From: Nonlabens ponticola
GTDB taxonomy: Bacteria; Bacteroidota; Bacteroidia; Flavobacteriales; Flavobacteriaceae
Assembly (NCBI RefSeq): GCF_003966335.1
Contig: NZ_CP034549.1
Span: 1,530,001-1,562,000 of the forward strand
Reading direction: 5' to 3'
DNA: 32,000 bases
The translations under genes were made by a program, and so were the position numbers. Shown here piece after piece: positions 16,693 through 25,068 of this stretch; the first letter of the stretch is position 1; each line of letters begins with the position of its first letter. The notes under the pieces were generated by a model that did no database searches, was not told the DNA's origin, and saw only the letters and a program-made list of their open reading frames with translations.

Positions 16693-17112
16693 TCAAACCT
16701 TACCACTTGCTAGATATTCGCCAGCATTCATGATAGGTAAGTTTGTTGATTTAAAATCTTTCTTATTTCTAGTTATAATAATGTCCAGCTGATTTTCAAC
16801 CGCTGTGTAATACTGCAGTCCGTCTTCAAAATCTTTGAAATTATTGTCGTTTAATGCCAACTCGATAATTTTCTCATCTAAAGATAAGACACCTACTATG
16901 ATTTTGAATTTTCGTAAGATAGATCGAGCGTCACGAGCCGCCATGGATTTAGACAAAATATAGTTTGTATTGGCAAATGATAGTGATGATATAAATAACG
17001 AAACCTCTTGTCTATCTGCCTTTGAAAACAATAATGCAGCATCCTTGTAAAACGGTTCTCTTTGTGCTAATAGATCAATAACGATATTGGTGTCAACTAG
17101 CAAGCGTTTCAT
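16693..17112 (-). CDS. PIN-domain (VapC-like) toxin
   Basis: N-terminal LLVDTNIVIDLL with acidic residues spaced as in PIN nucleases. 139 aa. Its ATG overlaps the antitoxin stop (ATGA). Confidence 0.8.
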   Translation of the reverse strand: MKRLLVDTNIVIDLLAQREPFYKDAALLFSKADRQEVSLFISSLSFANTNYILSKSMAARDARSILRKFKIIVGVLSLDEKIIELALNDNNFKDFEDGLQYYTAVENQLDIIITRNKKDFKSTNLPIMNAGEYLASGKV

Positions 17113-17354
17113 TGATACTTCTTTTCTAGATGATCAGTATAATCACTGGCGACATCTAGATCGTTCTCCAATTCTATCACACCGCTCAAACTTTGAATCA
17201 ATGGTGTGATTTGGTTCTCTTCTTGGTCTTGCTTAGTCACGGATTGCAGATAAGACTCTATAAGTTTTGAAAGGCTCGTCTTATTCTTTTTGGCATATAG
17301 TTTTGCCTGTTCAATAATCAATTGATTCAAGCTTAAGGTGAGTTTCTTGTCCAT
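17109..17354 (-). CDS. Putative antitoxin (DUF6364-like) of the PIN toxin
   Basis: 81-aa ORF directly upstream of and overlapping the PIN gene. The N-terminus KLTLSLNQLIIEQAKLYAKKNKTSLSKLIESYL has an RHH-like pattern. Confidence 0.6.
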   Translation of the reverse strand: MDKKLTLSLNQLIIEQAKLYAKKNKTSLSKLIESYLQSVTKQDQEENQITPLIQSLSGVIELENDLDVASDYTDHLEKKYQ

Positions 17355-17363
17355 AACAAAAAA

Positions 17364-17396
17364 TTACGTACAAAAATACAAAAAGTTTACGTAAAC
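17364..17396 (-). promoter_or_regulatory. Candidate toxin-antitoxin promoter and operator: -7 box TATTTTTG flanked by two TACGTA palindromes
   Basis: The reverse complement of 17371-17378 is TATTTTTG, 17 nt from the ATG. TACGTA occurs at 17365-17370 and inside the 12-bp palindrome GTTTACGTAAAC (17385-17396). Confidence 0.3.
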
Positions 17397-17399
17397 TGT

Positions 17400-18902
17400 T
17401 TAGTCGATAGCTTGCGTACCGCTCAATTGCCTAATTTTAATCCTAAACGCAGCAAACAACAAGGTCATAAAAGGTGATAGCCAATTGAATATGGCGTAAA
17501 CAAAATATTCGCCTACGCTCACTCCTAATGTTTCACTCTGGTATGCACCACAGGTGTTCCAAGGAATAAGTGCACTAGTAACGGTTCCACTGTCTTCAAG
17601 TGTACGAGAAAGATTTTCTGGCGCCAATCCTTTATCACGGAATGCACTCGAATACATCTTGCCAGGTACTACTAGTGCTAGGTATTGATCACTAGCTGTG
17701 ACATTGATCGCTAAACAGCTCACCACAGTACTTGCAAATAAACCGAAAACACTGTCAAACAAATTTAGCAGTGCCCTACTTATAGTTGCTAAGGCCCCAA
17801 TAGCATCCATGATACCACCAAATACCATAGCGCAGATGATTAGCCAAATAGTTCCTAGCATCTCTGCCATTCCTTTACCTTTAAATAAATCACTCATTTC
17901 TTCCGCAAGAACAGAATCATTTGTGATTGGTGGCACTTCCACTTTTACAGTAATACTATTCATAATGCCTTTATACATGCTCATGGCGTTCCAGTCTTCC
18001 ATACCAGAAACTAAAAGAACCAATTCAGGTTGAAAGAATAGTGCAAATATTCCAGCTAAAAGAGTCCCAATGAGCAAGGCAAGCAATGGTGAGACTTTCT
18101 TTACTATCAATCCTATAACGATAACAGGCACCAGTAGTAACCATGGCGTGATATTAAATGTATCATCTAGCACCTTTTGGTATTTAGTTACGTCCGCATC
18201 ACCGACTGAATCAAAAGTTAATCCTATAATTATAAAGGCTGTTAAGGTGACCAATATAGTGGGAACAGTCGTTAAACTCATATATTTTATATGTGTAAAC
18301 AAATCAGTTCCAGCCATTGCTGGTGCCAGATTTGTCGTGTCGCTCAAAGGGCTTAATTTATCGCCAAAATAAGCGCCACTCAACACAGCACCAGCAGTCA
18401 TTCCTGCGCTTATGTCTAAGGCAGCTGCAATTCCAATCAAGGCAATACCTACGGTCGCGGTGGTCGTCCAGCTACTTCCAGTGGAAACGCTTATCACCGC
18501 ACAAATGATTACACAGGCAGCTAAAAAAATTGTGGGATTTAAGATTTCCATCCCATAATAAATCATGCTAGGAATAATACCGCTAATAAACCAGGTTCCA
18601 GCAAGCGCACCTACCATCAATAGAATTAATATTGCACCAGTAGTTGACTTCAAATTTTGAGCTACTTCTTCTATCATGGACTTGTAACTAACCTTATTAA
18701 AGTAACCTATAATCCCAGCGACTGTTGCTCCTAAGAGTAGTACAAACTGATTGGAACCTCCAAGACTATCATCCTCAAAAATGTAGACGTTGATAGCTAG
18801 CATAATTACCAGCGCAACAACGGGTATCAAAGCTTCCCAAATATTCAGCTTTCTGTTCTCTATAATTTTCTCGTCCTCGTGGTTGATATTTTGACTTTCC
18901 AT
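17400..18902 (-). CDS. nhaC: Na+/H+ antiporter NhaC family protein
   Basis: 500 aa with about 12 TM helices. Overall sequence character matches NhaC-type transporters (recognition only). Confidence 0.75.
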   Translation of the reverse strand: MESQNINHEDEKIIENRKLNIWEALIPVVALVIMLAINVYIFEDDSLGGSNQFVLLLGATVAGIIGYFNKVSYKSMIEEVAQNLKSTTGAILILLMVGALAGTWFISGIIPSMIYYGMEILNPTIFLAACVIICAVISVSTGSSWTTTATVGIALIGIAAALDISAGMTAGAVLSGAYFGDKLSPLSDTTNLAPAMAGTDLFTHIKYMSLTTVPTILVTLTAFIIIGLTFDSVGDADVTKYQKVLDDTFNITPWLLLVPVIVIGLIVKKVSPLLALLIGTLLAGIFALFFQPELVLLVSGMEDWNAMSMYKGIMNSITVKVEVPPITNDSVLAEEMSDLFKGKGMAEMLGTIWLIICAMVFGGIMDAIGALATISRALLNLFDSVFGLFASTVVSCLAINVTASDQYLALVVPGKMYSSAFRDKGLAPENLSRTLEDSGTVTSALIPWNTCGAYQSETLGVSVGEYFVYAIFNWLSPFMTLLFAAFRIKIRQLSGTQAID

Positions 18903-18993
18903 GGAAAAATTTAGTTAACGTAATGTTACAACTTTGCGCGAGTTGTTGCAAACAGGAATGTTGGTCGGTGGTTAATCTATTTCTAGATATACC

Positions 18994-19027
18994 GCTTTCC
19001 TGCCTGCCGGCAGGCAGGCGCGAAAGC
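18994..19027. repeat. Copy 5 of the palindrome, split by a nested 20-bp GC-rich palindrome (GCTTTC-CTGCCTGCCGGCAGGCAGGC-GCGAAAGC)
   Basis: Read directly. Half-sites are at 18994-18999 and 19020-19027. CCTGCCTGCCGGCAGGCAGG at 18999-19018 is itself a perfect palindrome. Confidence 0.9.
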
Positions 19028-19134
19028 GTAATCATTCAAATAATGAATCTTTAATCCTTGCAGGATCGTCCTTTAAAAAATCCCTGCAAGCTGTTTCTAA
19101 TTACAAAACTCACTTGCAGAGAAGCCTGATAGTC

Positions 19135-19683
19135 TTACTGCTTCACATATTTATTGTAAAGCTTTTTTTCAAAACCTAGCTTTCGCGAAAGCGTAAACAA
19201 CACATTCAACAAAGGAAGCATCAGTCTAAACGGTAGTGAGTCGACTTGTGTGTCGCCCCATTTGAGTAATATGATGGCATAAAACGGATTGTAGGGAATC
19301 TGGTTGCTGCTGAAGGTTTTGCCGTCTCGCACCAATCCAAAAAGTGCCGCCATAAAATTTTCAAATCCGGGCGACCCTGGTTCCAGCCGCGCTTGAAAAA
19401 CGATGGGCCTGTCCGTAGGATTGTAGAATCTATGGTTATCCGGCACGGGCACCTTGAAATCTTGACCTGGCGACAGCCTCAATTCCTTGCCTAGATAGTG
19501 CACTCCTAGTGTTCCTTTTTGCGGAATAAAGTGTTCAGTAAATCGTTTGTGATAATGAATGGGATTGCCGCCATCGGGCTGTAGTTCTACTTCGATTAAG
19601 GTGTATGCGCCATTGGTTTCGGCACTGGTTTCAAGGATGGTGGCTTGCTCTTTTGTAATAGGATTGATGTAGGTGGTAGGCAT
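19135..19683 (-). CDS. Cupin domain-containing protein
   Basis: GGNPIHYHKRFTEHF... and ...HRFYNP... form a two-motif cupin barrel. A hydrophobic C-terminal tail carries palindrome copy 6. Confidence 0.7.
   Translation of the reverse strand: MPTTYINPITKEQATILETSAETNGAYTLIEVELQPDGGNPIHYHKRFTEHFIPQKGTLGVHYLGKELRLSPGQDFKVPVPDNHRFYNPTDRPIVFQARLEPGSPGFENFMAALFGLVRDGKTFSSNQIPYNPFYAIILLKWGDTQVDSLPFRLMLPLLNVLFTLSRKLGFEKKLYNKYVKQ
19179..19192. repeat. Copy 6 of the GCTTTCGCGAAAGC palindrome, inside the 3' end of the cupin gene (frame L-S-R-K)
   Basis: Read directly. The minus strand reads acg ctt tcg cga aag cta = T L S R K L. Confidence 0.95.
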
Positions 19684-19723
19684 GTTTCAAAAGTAGGGTA
19701 GCGGCATGAGGTTGTTTGATAAA

Positions 19724-19747
19724 GTGATAATAAATAACAATTATCAC
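19724..19747. promoter_or_regulatory. Inverted repeat GTGATAAT-N8-ATTATCAC in the cupin/trxB divergent region (candidate operator)
   Basis: Perfect 8-bp arms read directly. It lies between divergent genes, 27 nt upstream of the trxB -7 box. Confidence 0.3.
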
Positions 19748-19773
19748 GACCCTAGATCGCGGTAGAAGTATCT

Positions 19774-19781
19774 TATTTTTG
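19774..19781 (+). promoter_or_regulatory. Candidate -7 promoter box (TATTTTTG) for trxB
   Basis: Matches TAnnTTTG 16 nt upstream of the ATG at 19797. Confidence 0.4.
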
Positions 19782-19796
19782 TATGACAAAATTTGA

Positions 19797-20786
19797 ATGA
19801 TGGCAGATACAATTGAAAGAATCAAATGTTTGATTATAGGTTCTGGTCCTGCAGGTTATACAGCGGCGATCTATGCAGCTCGTGCAGATATGAAACCTGT
19901 GATGTACACGGGTATGGAGCCTGGTGGTCAATTGACTACTACAACCGAGGTGGATAATTTCCCTGGCTATCCTGACGGAATAGACGGACCAGCCATGATG
20001 GAAGATTTGAAGAAGCAGGCAGAGCGTTTTGGCACTGAAGTACGTTTTGGCATGGCAACCGAAGTTGATTTTGCCAGCGAAGAAGGTGGAATACACAAAG
20101 TGGTGATTGATGGTAAAACTACCGTAGAGGCAAACACGGTAATCATTTCTACTGGAGCATCCGCTAAATACTTAGGCTTACCTAGTGAGCAACGATTGCG
20201 CGGTGGTGGCGTTAGTGCCTGTGCCGTATGCGATGGTTTCTTTTATAAAGGACAAGATGTTGCGATAGTTGGTGCTGGCGATACAGCGGCAGAAGAGGCA
20301 TCGTATCTCGCCAAAATCTGTAAATCTGTAACGATGCTAGTCCGTAAAGACTACATGAAAGCATCGAAAGCGATGCAACATCGCGTCAATAGTCTTGACA
20401 ACATAACAGTAATGTACAACACAGAAGTTGATGAGGTTCTAGGCGATCAAGTGGTCGAAGGTTTGCGTATGGTCAACAACCAAACCAACGAGAAAACTGA
20501 AATTGAGATCACTGGTATCTTCATTGCGATAGGACACAAGCCTAATACAGATATATTCAAGGGCCAATTGGACATGGGTGAAGATGGTTATTTGAAAACA
20601 ATACCAGGATCTACCAAAACAAACTTACCAGGTGTTTTTGCCAGTGGTGATGTACAAGATAAAATTTACAGACAGGCCATTACCGCTGCAGGAACTGGCT
20701 GTATGGCAGCCCTAGATGCAGAGCGCTACCTTGCTGAAATAGGTGTGGTAGAAGAAATGACGGCTGGTGATTACTATGTGGAGTAA
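19797..20786 (+). CDS. trxB: Thioredoxin-disulfide reductase
   Basis: GSGPAGYTAAIYAARA FAD site, CAVCDG redox centre and GAGDTAAEEA NADPH site. About 320 aa. Confidence 0.95.
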   Translation: MMADTIERIKCLIIGSGPAGYTAAIYAARADMKPVMYTGMEPGGQLTTTTEVDNFPGYPDGIDGPAMMEDLKKQAERFGTEVRFGMATEVDFASEEGGIHKVVIDGKTTVEANTVIISTGASAKYLGLPSEQRLRGGGVSACAVCDGFFYKGQDVAIVGAGDTAAEEASYLAKICKSVTMLVRKDYMKASKAMQHRVNSLDNITVMYNTEVDEVLGDQVVEGLRMVNNQTNEKTEIEITGIFIAIGHKPNTDIFKGQLDMGEDGYLKTIPGSTKTNLPGVFASGDVQDKIYRQAITAAGTGCMAALDAERYLAEIGVVEEMTAGDYYVE

Positions 20787-20805
20787 ACACGATATAACGT
20801 ATAAA

Positions 20806-20838
20806 AAAAATGCCTTAAGGTTTTCTCAAGGCATTTTT
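20806..20838. terminator. Bidirectional rho-independent terminator
   Basis: AAAAATGCCTT / AAGGCATTTTT arms around an 11-nt loop, between convergent trxB and the 499-aa gene. Confidence 0.6.
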
Positions 20839-20859
20839 TAATTCTATCAAATCTTTATT

Positions 20860-22359
20860 TTACTCCAAAGTCAGAAATGTTTTTTTTGTACCACCATCAC
20901 TTATCATAACAAACCTTTGATAATCAAATGAGCCATAGTATGGTCGGTAAAAATGATTTCCTGCATTATCCTGTATTTTATTATAGGACGGCTCGCCATC
21001 ACTTTCGAAGTCTATATCATATAACGCAGTGGTTTCAAACCAGCCTTTTGATAGCTTTGTTCTTCCGTCATTTTTTTCTGTAAGGTTTTTGCCAGAATTT
21101 AAAAGAACGTGTAACTGATCGTCGATTATAAAAGCATTATAAGAAGGGCTTTGTGATCTTTTAAATATGCTGCGACCCCATTCCAGTTTGCCTGTAGGAT
21201 CAAATTTCAATATCAAGATGTCATCATAGTTGGGCGTGGTTCTCGTGAAACCTCCATTCATGCCATTTGCAACATACGTGGTGGAAAGATAAAATTCCTC
21301 GGCAATGAGATAGGCATTTCCAGCCGTGTCAGTAAGTATATAATCAATGTCAAAATTTCCCAGTTCTTTCTTCTTTTTGTTTTTCCTGTCGGCTCTTGCC
21401 TCGCCATAAAGATCTTCATAAACCTGTTTAGGTAATACTTGACTTTTTCTAGAAATCACTTTAAGGGCATCTTTATCTATACTAAATACACAACCGCCTT
21501 TTACCCAACGCTCTTGATTTTCTGAGTATAAACCGACTAGATTGAATTGGCCATCAACACTTGAGAAGCCCAGCGACTGGATCAACATATCCTGACCTAA
21601 ATCAATCTTGAGGGTTTCATTAAGATCAGCCGCGATTTTATTAAGCACGATCTCATAGTTAGCGTCACCATCTTTATTCTTTTTTCTTGAGCCGTTTTCA
21701 AATAGCTTACCCAAAGAGTAAACATTCAGGTCATCATCGATGAAAAGATCATTATGTTCATAAAGGATTTCTTCTCCTTCCTGATATGATTTTTGATACA
21801 CCAGCTTGCTACTGGCTGCCTCAAAAACACGTATGGTATGAGAGTTCTTATTCTTACGGTTGTTATCAGTGGCAATGGCAAAGTGAGCGCCATCTGGCGT
21901 TACTGAAAAGTTAGTGCGATGATTGCGACGAGAACCAAACAGACTTTGTTTTTTCTCAACTTCTTGCTCAAAAAGTGTTCTTGTAGTAACGTTTTTACTC
22001 GCCATATCGATCGTGTGAGAATACACGATTCGCTCATCTTTTTTGGGCGAGTAAACCGTAAAGAATCTCAACAAATCATCGGTTTTTATCGCACCGATAA
22101 ATTTTTGCTTGCGTTCTCTATCGACAATTTGATGGTTAAGCTCACTAAAATTTTCATCGTAAAAGTGGACATGATATTTGCGCTTTGACCCGCGCACGGT
22201 CACGACATTGCCGTTTGCAGCAGAATGTATGGCGAGTATGCTTTCTGCTTTTGATTTGTCATCAAAAACTTTGCTTTTTGTGATTTCTAATTTACTGGCT
22301 TCCTGCGCACATAGCACTTGCGAGGCTAGAACGGACAATAGTAGAAATATGATTCTCAT
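20860..22359 (-). CDS. Secreted hypothetical protein (499 aa), possibly beta-propeller-like
   Basis: Signal peptide MRIIFLLLSVLASQVLCAQE. Long uninterrupted ORF. I recognised no motif. Confidence 0.65.
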   Translation of the reverse strand: MRIIFLLLSVLASQVLCAQEASKLEITKSKVFDDKSKAESILAIHSAANGNVVTVRGSKRKYHVHFYDENFSELNHQIVDRERKQKFIGAIKTDDLLRFFTVYSPKKDERIVYSHTIDMASKNVTTRTLFEQEVEKKQSLFGSRRNHRTNFSVTPDGAHFAIATDNNRKNKNSHTIRVFEAASSKLVYQKSYQEGEEILYEHNDLFIDDDLNVYSLGKLFENGSRKKNKDGDANYEIVLNKIAADLNETLKIDLGQDMLIQSLGFSSVDGQFNLVGLYSENQERWVKGGCVFSIDKDALKVISRKSQVLPKQVYEDLYGEARADRKNKKKKELGNFDIDYILTDTAGNAYLIAEEFYLSTTYVANGMNGGFTRTTPNYDDILILKFDPTGKLEWGRSIFKRSQSPSYNAFIIDDQLHVLLNSGKNLTEKNDGRTKLSKGWFETTALYDIDFESDGEPSYNKIQDNAGNHFYRPYYGSFDYQRFVMISDGGTKKTFLTLE

Positions 22360-22394
22360 TTAAAAGTATTATAAAAGGCGGCAAAATACGCATA

Positions 22395-22429
22395 AATAAA
22401 AATCCTTACCACGTTGCCGTGATAAGGAT
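22395..22429 (-). terminator. Rho-independent terminator after the DUF2807 gene
   Basis: Minus-strand 12-bp stem AUCCUUAUCACG / CGUGGUAAGGAU (one G-U pair) with loop GCAA, followed by UUUUUAUUUAU. Confidence 0.7.
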
Positions 22430-22452
22430 AGATATGATTTAATAAGGATGTT

Positions 22453-23277
22453 TTACTTTTTCATCAACATGGCTTTGCCAGTGAACTCTGCCATCCCGAT
22501 TTTTGGATTGTTGTAAAGTTCCACTTTTGCATCGCCGCTAGCTCTCAATTCTAGATTGTCTTTAGCATTCACTTGCGCATCGGCATTTCTAGTAATTTTT
22601 AGTTTAAGATCTTTAACTTCTAAATTCTTTCCTTCCATTTTTGATCTGCCCTCAAGCACCATCGTACTATTGTCTAGATCGCCTTCCATTCGACTCTCTG
22701 CGCGGTCAGTCAACATAAAGTCAACACGATCATACATAGTCAAGGCTTTAAGATTACTAGAACCAGATAAGTTGATCTGTGCACTAGAACCAGACAGATT
22801 ACATTCTGCTCTAGAGTCTGCGCTACCATTAAAGACAAGCTCGTCCACCTGACCAGTGAGATAGACTCGTGCGTCATCCTTAAGGTTCACCTGCAGATTA
22901 TCCATACGTAGATCGGTTAACGAACTCAACTGCGCATCGTCTTTGACATTAATAGTTGTAAACTCTTCTGTATAAATAATGTTGATCTTCAATTCCTTGC
23001 TACGACGTATCTCTGCCGTTTGATTGATGGTAAGGTTACCGTTTTGCACTAGAATGTTAATGAACGGCTGTATGTTAGAATCTGTAATGATCTCCACTTG
23101 CGGACTCGTTCCTTGAGCAATGGCAATTTCATAATCGCCACCTATTTCTATGGACTCAAACATGTCCACATCTATGATGCGTTTAGTAACTTCTTTATTT
23201 CCTTTGATTTTTGTGCGGTCTTGCGCTTTCGCGAAAGCGAAACTCAACAACAACATCACAACAACTATCTTTTTCAT
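22453..23277 (-). CDS. DUF2807 (head GIN / 'Toastrack'-type) domain secreted protein
   Basis: Signal peptide MKKIVVVMLLLSFAFAKAQD. Repetitive beta-helix-like segments (LSGSSAQINLSGSSNLKA, ASGDAKVELY) are typical of DUF2807. Confidence 0.65.
   Translation of the reverse strand: MKKIVVVMLLLSFAFAKAQDRTKIKGNKEVTKRIIDVDMFESIEIGGDYEIAIAQGTSPQVEIITDSNIQPFINILVQNGNLTINQTAEIRRSKELKINIIYTEEFTTINVKDDAQLSSLTDLRMDNLQVNLKDDARVYLTGQVDELVFNGSADSRAECNLSGSSAQINLSGSSNLKALTMYDRVDFMLTDRAESRMEGDLDNSTMVLEGRSKMEGKNLEVKDLKLKITRNADAQVNAKDNLELRASGDAKVELYNNPKIGMAEFTGKAMLMKK
23225..23238. repeat. Copy 7 of the GCTTTCGCGAAAGC palindrome, in frame (A-F-A-K-A) in the signal peptide of the DUF2807 gene
   Basis: Read directly. 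The minus strand reads ttc gct ttc gcg aaa gcg caa = F A F A K A Q. Confidence 0.95.
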
Positions 23278-23391
23278 GTAATTATTTTAAGGTAAAAGTA
23301 ACCAAAAACCGCTCCACAAACGTGAAACGGTTCTTAAGGTATTGCGCTATTTAACAGCAAATACAATGCAATATGTAAAAAATAAGTGCGA

Positions 23392-25068
23392 TCATGGTTG
23401 GTTGTTTTTTTCTACACCGTCGTTGCCGTCGTATTTCCAATTGGCGTTTTCGGTAGTAGGTTCATCTGTGGTTTCTTTTGCCTGTGTTTCTTCAACGGGA
23501 CAATCAACGCAAACAGCTTTTCCATTCTTGATTTGATACGTGTAGTCAATGTTATTTCCCAGCGTGATGGCGTCACGATTCATGTTTGATCGATAACGTT
23601 GCCCAAATCTTCTATTGAATCGAGCCTTTGTGCCTTCTGGTAAATAAATCGTCATTTGAAGATTGTGTTTAGGTATTCCAGAACCTTCTTGAACCAATAC
23701 ATAATCAGCACCCGTAAAGGTCGAATCTGTCAATTCATAATTGTATTTAATCAAATCTGCCTTGTTGCGTGCCTCATCAAAACTAGATCCATAGGCTTCA
23801 TAAATCATCTCGACGCTCGCAAGACTATCAGTAGTGGTGCCTACAGCGACCCGAACATCATAAACCTTTAAGTAATTGATGCCGTCTTGCTCGCTCACTT
23901 CAAAGCCTATCTCATTATTATTGAGATTCATTGTGCGATCGTTACTAGTCTCCAACGCCATTTCAAAAACGATGTTATCGTCAATATTTGCCGTGTCAAC
24001 TCGTTGCACGGTCGCGCTTGTCGCAGTGCTAGCAGCTAATTGACCTACCATAACACTGAGTACAATAACCGCTATAATCCAGACGCCAGTGAGTGACAAA
24101 TAGGTTTTGCCACCTATAGATTTTAGTCTACTCACGAGCATTTTAAGTCCCAAAATAGCGAGTAGGAACAATGGTATTCCAGCCGCAAGGATGATGGCAA
24201 GTACAAACCACCAGCTTGCCTGCTCCGCAGGTATCACTACATTAAAAAATCTCAATAAGCTGTTGCCATCAACGTTCACAGCACTGGCAGTAATGGTAGA
24301 TACAACAAGAGCAACTAGAGCAATTGACCCAGCAAGGAATAGGATAAGACCTAAAATCTTGACAAAAGCGATGGCAATACCCTTGATCAACCTACCCAAA
24401 AAGCTGAAGAACTTAACCGTACCTCGCTTTCCTCTTTGACCTACTACATTGCTGTGGCTGGCGTCGGTCTGCCCATCAGCCACGGGCTCAAAACCCGCTT
24501 TGAAGTTCTCTTCTATATTGGAGATATTAACTTCCTTACCCATCATGGTAAGACGTTGGTTTGTAGTTACCGCGTCTGGCACAAAAATCCACAATACTAT
24601 ATATCCTAAAATTGAATAACCGGCAGTCAAAAAGGCGAGTAGAACCATGAGTACACGCACCCATATCATCTCAATACCCAGATAGTAACTCAAACCAGCA
24701 CTAACGCCACCTATGTATCCATTTTGGGTATCTCTAAACAATTGCTTGTTTGCGCCGCTGTACGATTTTCTTGATCGATTTTTAGGCTCGTCAAAGATTT
24801 CCTCGTCAACCTCATAATCTTCAGGTTGACCCATGATGGTGATCACTTCTTCTACATGTGACGCGCTAATGACCTGTTGATCGTTTGCTCTACGTTCGAG
24901 AAAAAGCTCTGCAATTCTCGATTCTATGTCGCTCATGATCTCATCGCTTCCAGTAGATCCTGCAAAGGATTTGCGTACGGCAGCGAGATATCGCTGTAAT
25001 CTCAAGTAGGCATCTTCATCAATATGGAAGAACAACCCAGCGAGGTTTATGTTGATGGTCTTGTTCAT
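23392..25068 (-). CDS. PspC domain-containing membrane protein with an N-terminal helical (DUF1700/HAAS-like) domain and a large C-terminal extracytoplasmic domain
   Basis: PspC motif YIGGVSAGLSYYLGIEMIWVRVLMVLLAF and several additional TM helices. The N-terminus ...YLRLQRYLAAVRKSF...SDIESRIAELF resembles sensor domains that partner with PadR. Its ATG overlaps the PadR stop (ATGA). Confidence 0.8.
   Translation of the reverse strand: MNKTININLAGLFFHIDEDAYLRLQRYLAAVRKSFAGSTGSDEIMSDIESRIAELFLERRANDQQVISASHVEEVITIMGQPEDYEVDEEIFDEPKNRSRKSYSGANKQLFRDTQNGYIGGVSAGLSYYLGIEMIWVRVLMVLLAFLTAGYSILGYIVLWIFVPDAVTTNQRLTMMGKEVNISNIEENFKAGFEPVADGQTDASHSNVVGQRGKRGTVKFFSFLGRLIKGIAIAFVKILGLILFLAGSIALVALVVSTITASAVNVDGNSLLRFFNVVIPAEQASWWFVLAIILAAGIPLFLLAILGLKMLVSRLKSIGGKTYLSLTGVWIIAVIVLSVMVGQLAASTATSATVQRVDTANIDDNIVFEMALETSNDRTMNLNNNEIGFEVSEQDGINYLKVYDVRVAVGTTTDSLASVEMIYEAYGSSFDEARNKADLIKYNYELTDSTFTGADYVLVQEGSGIPKHNLQMTIYLPEGTKARFNRRFGQRYRSNMNRDAITLGNNIDYTYQIKNGKAVCVDCPVEETQAKETTDEPTTENANWKYDGNDGVEKNNQP

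Noticed and set aside
17430-17444. The 15-mer CCTAATTTTAATCCT is shared between the nhaC 3' end (17430-17444) and the dnaA upstream region (31875-31889).
   Set aside because: One shared AT-rich 15-mer within 32 kb counted on both strands is about what chance predicts. There is no extended similarity in the flanks.
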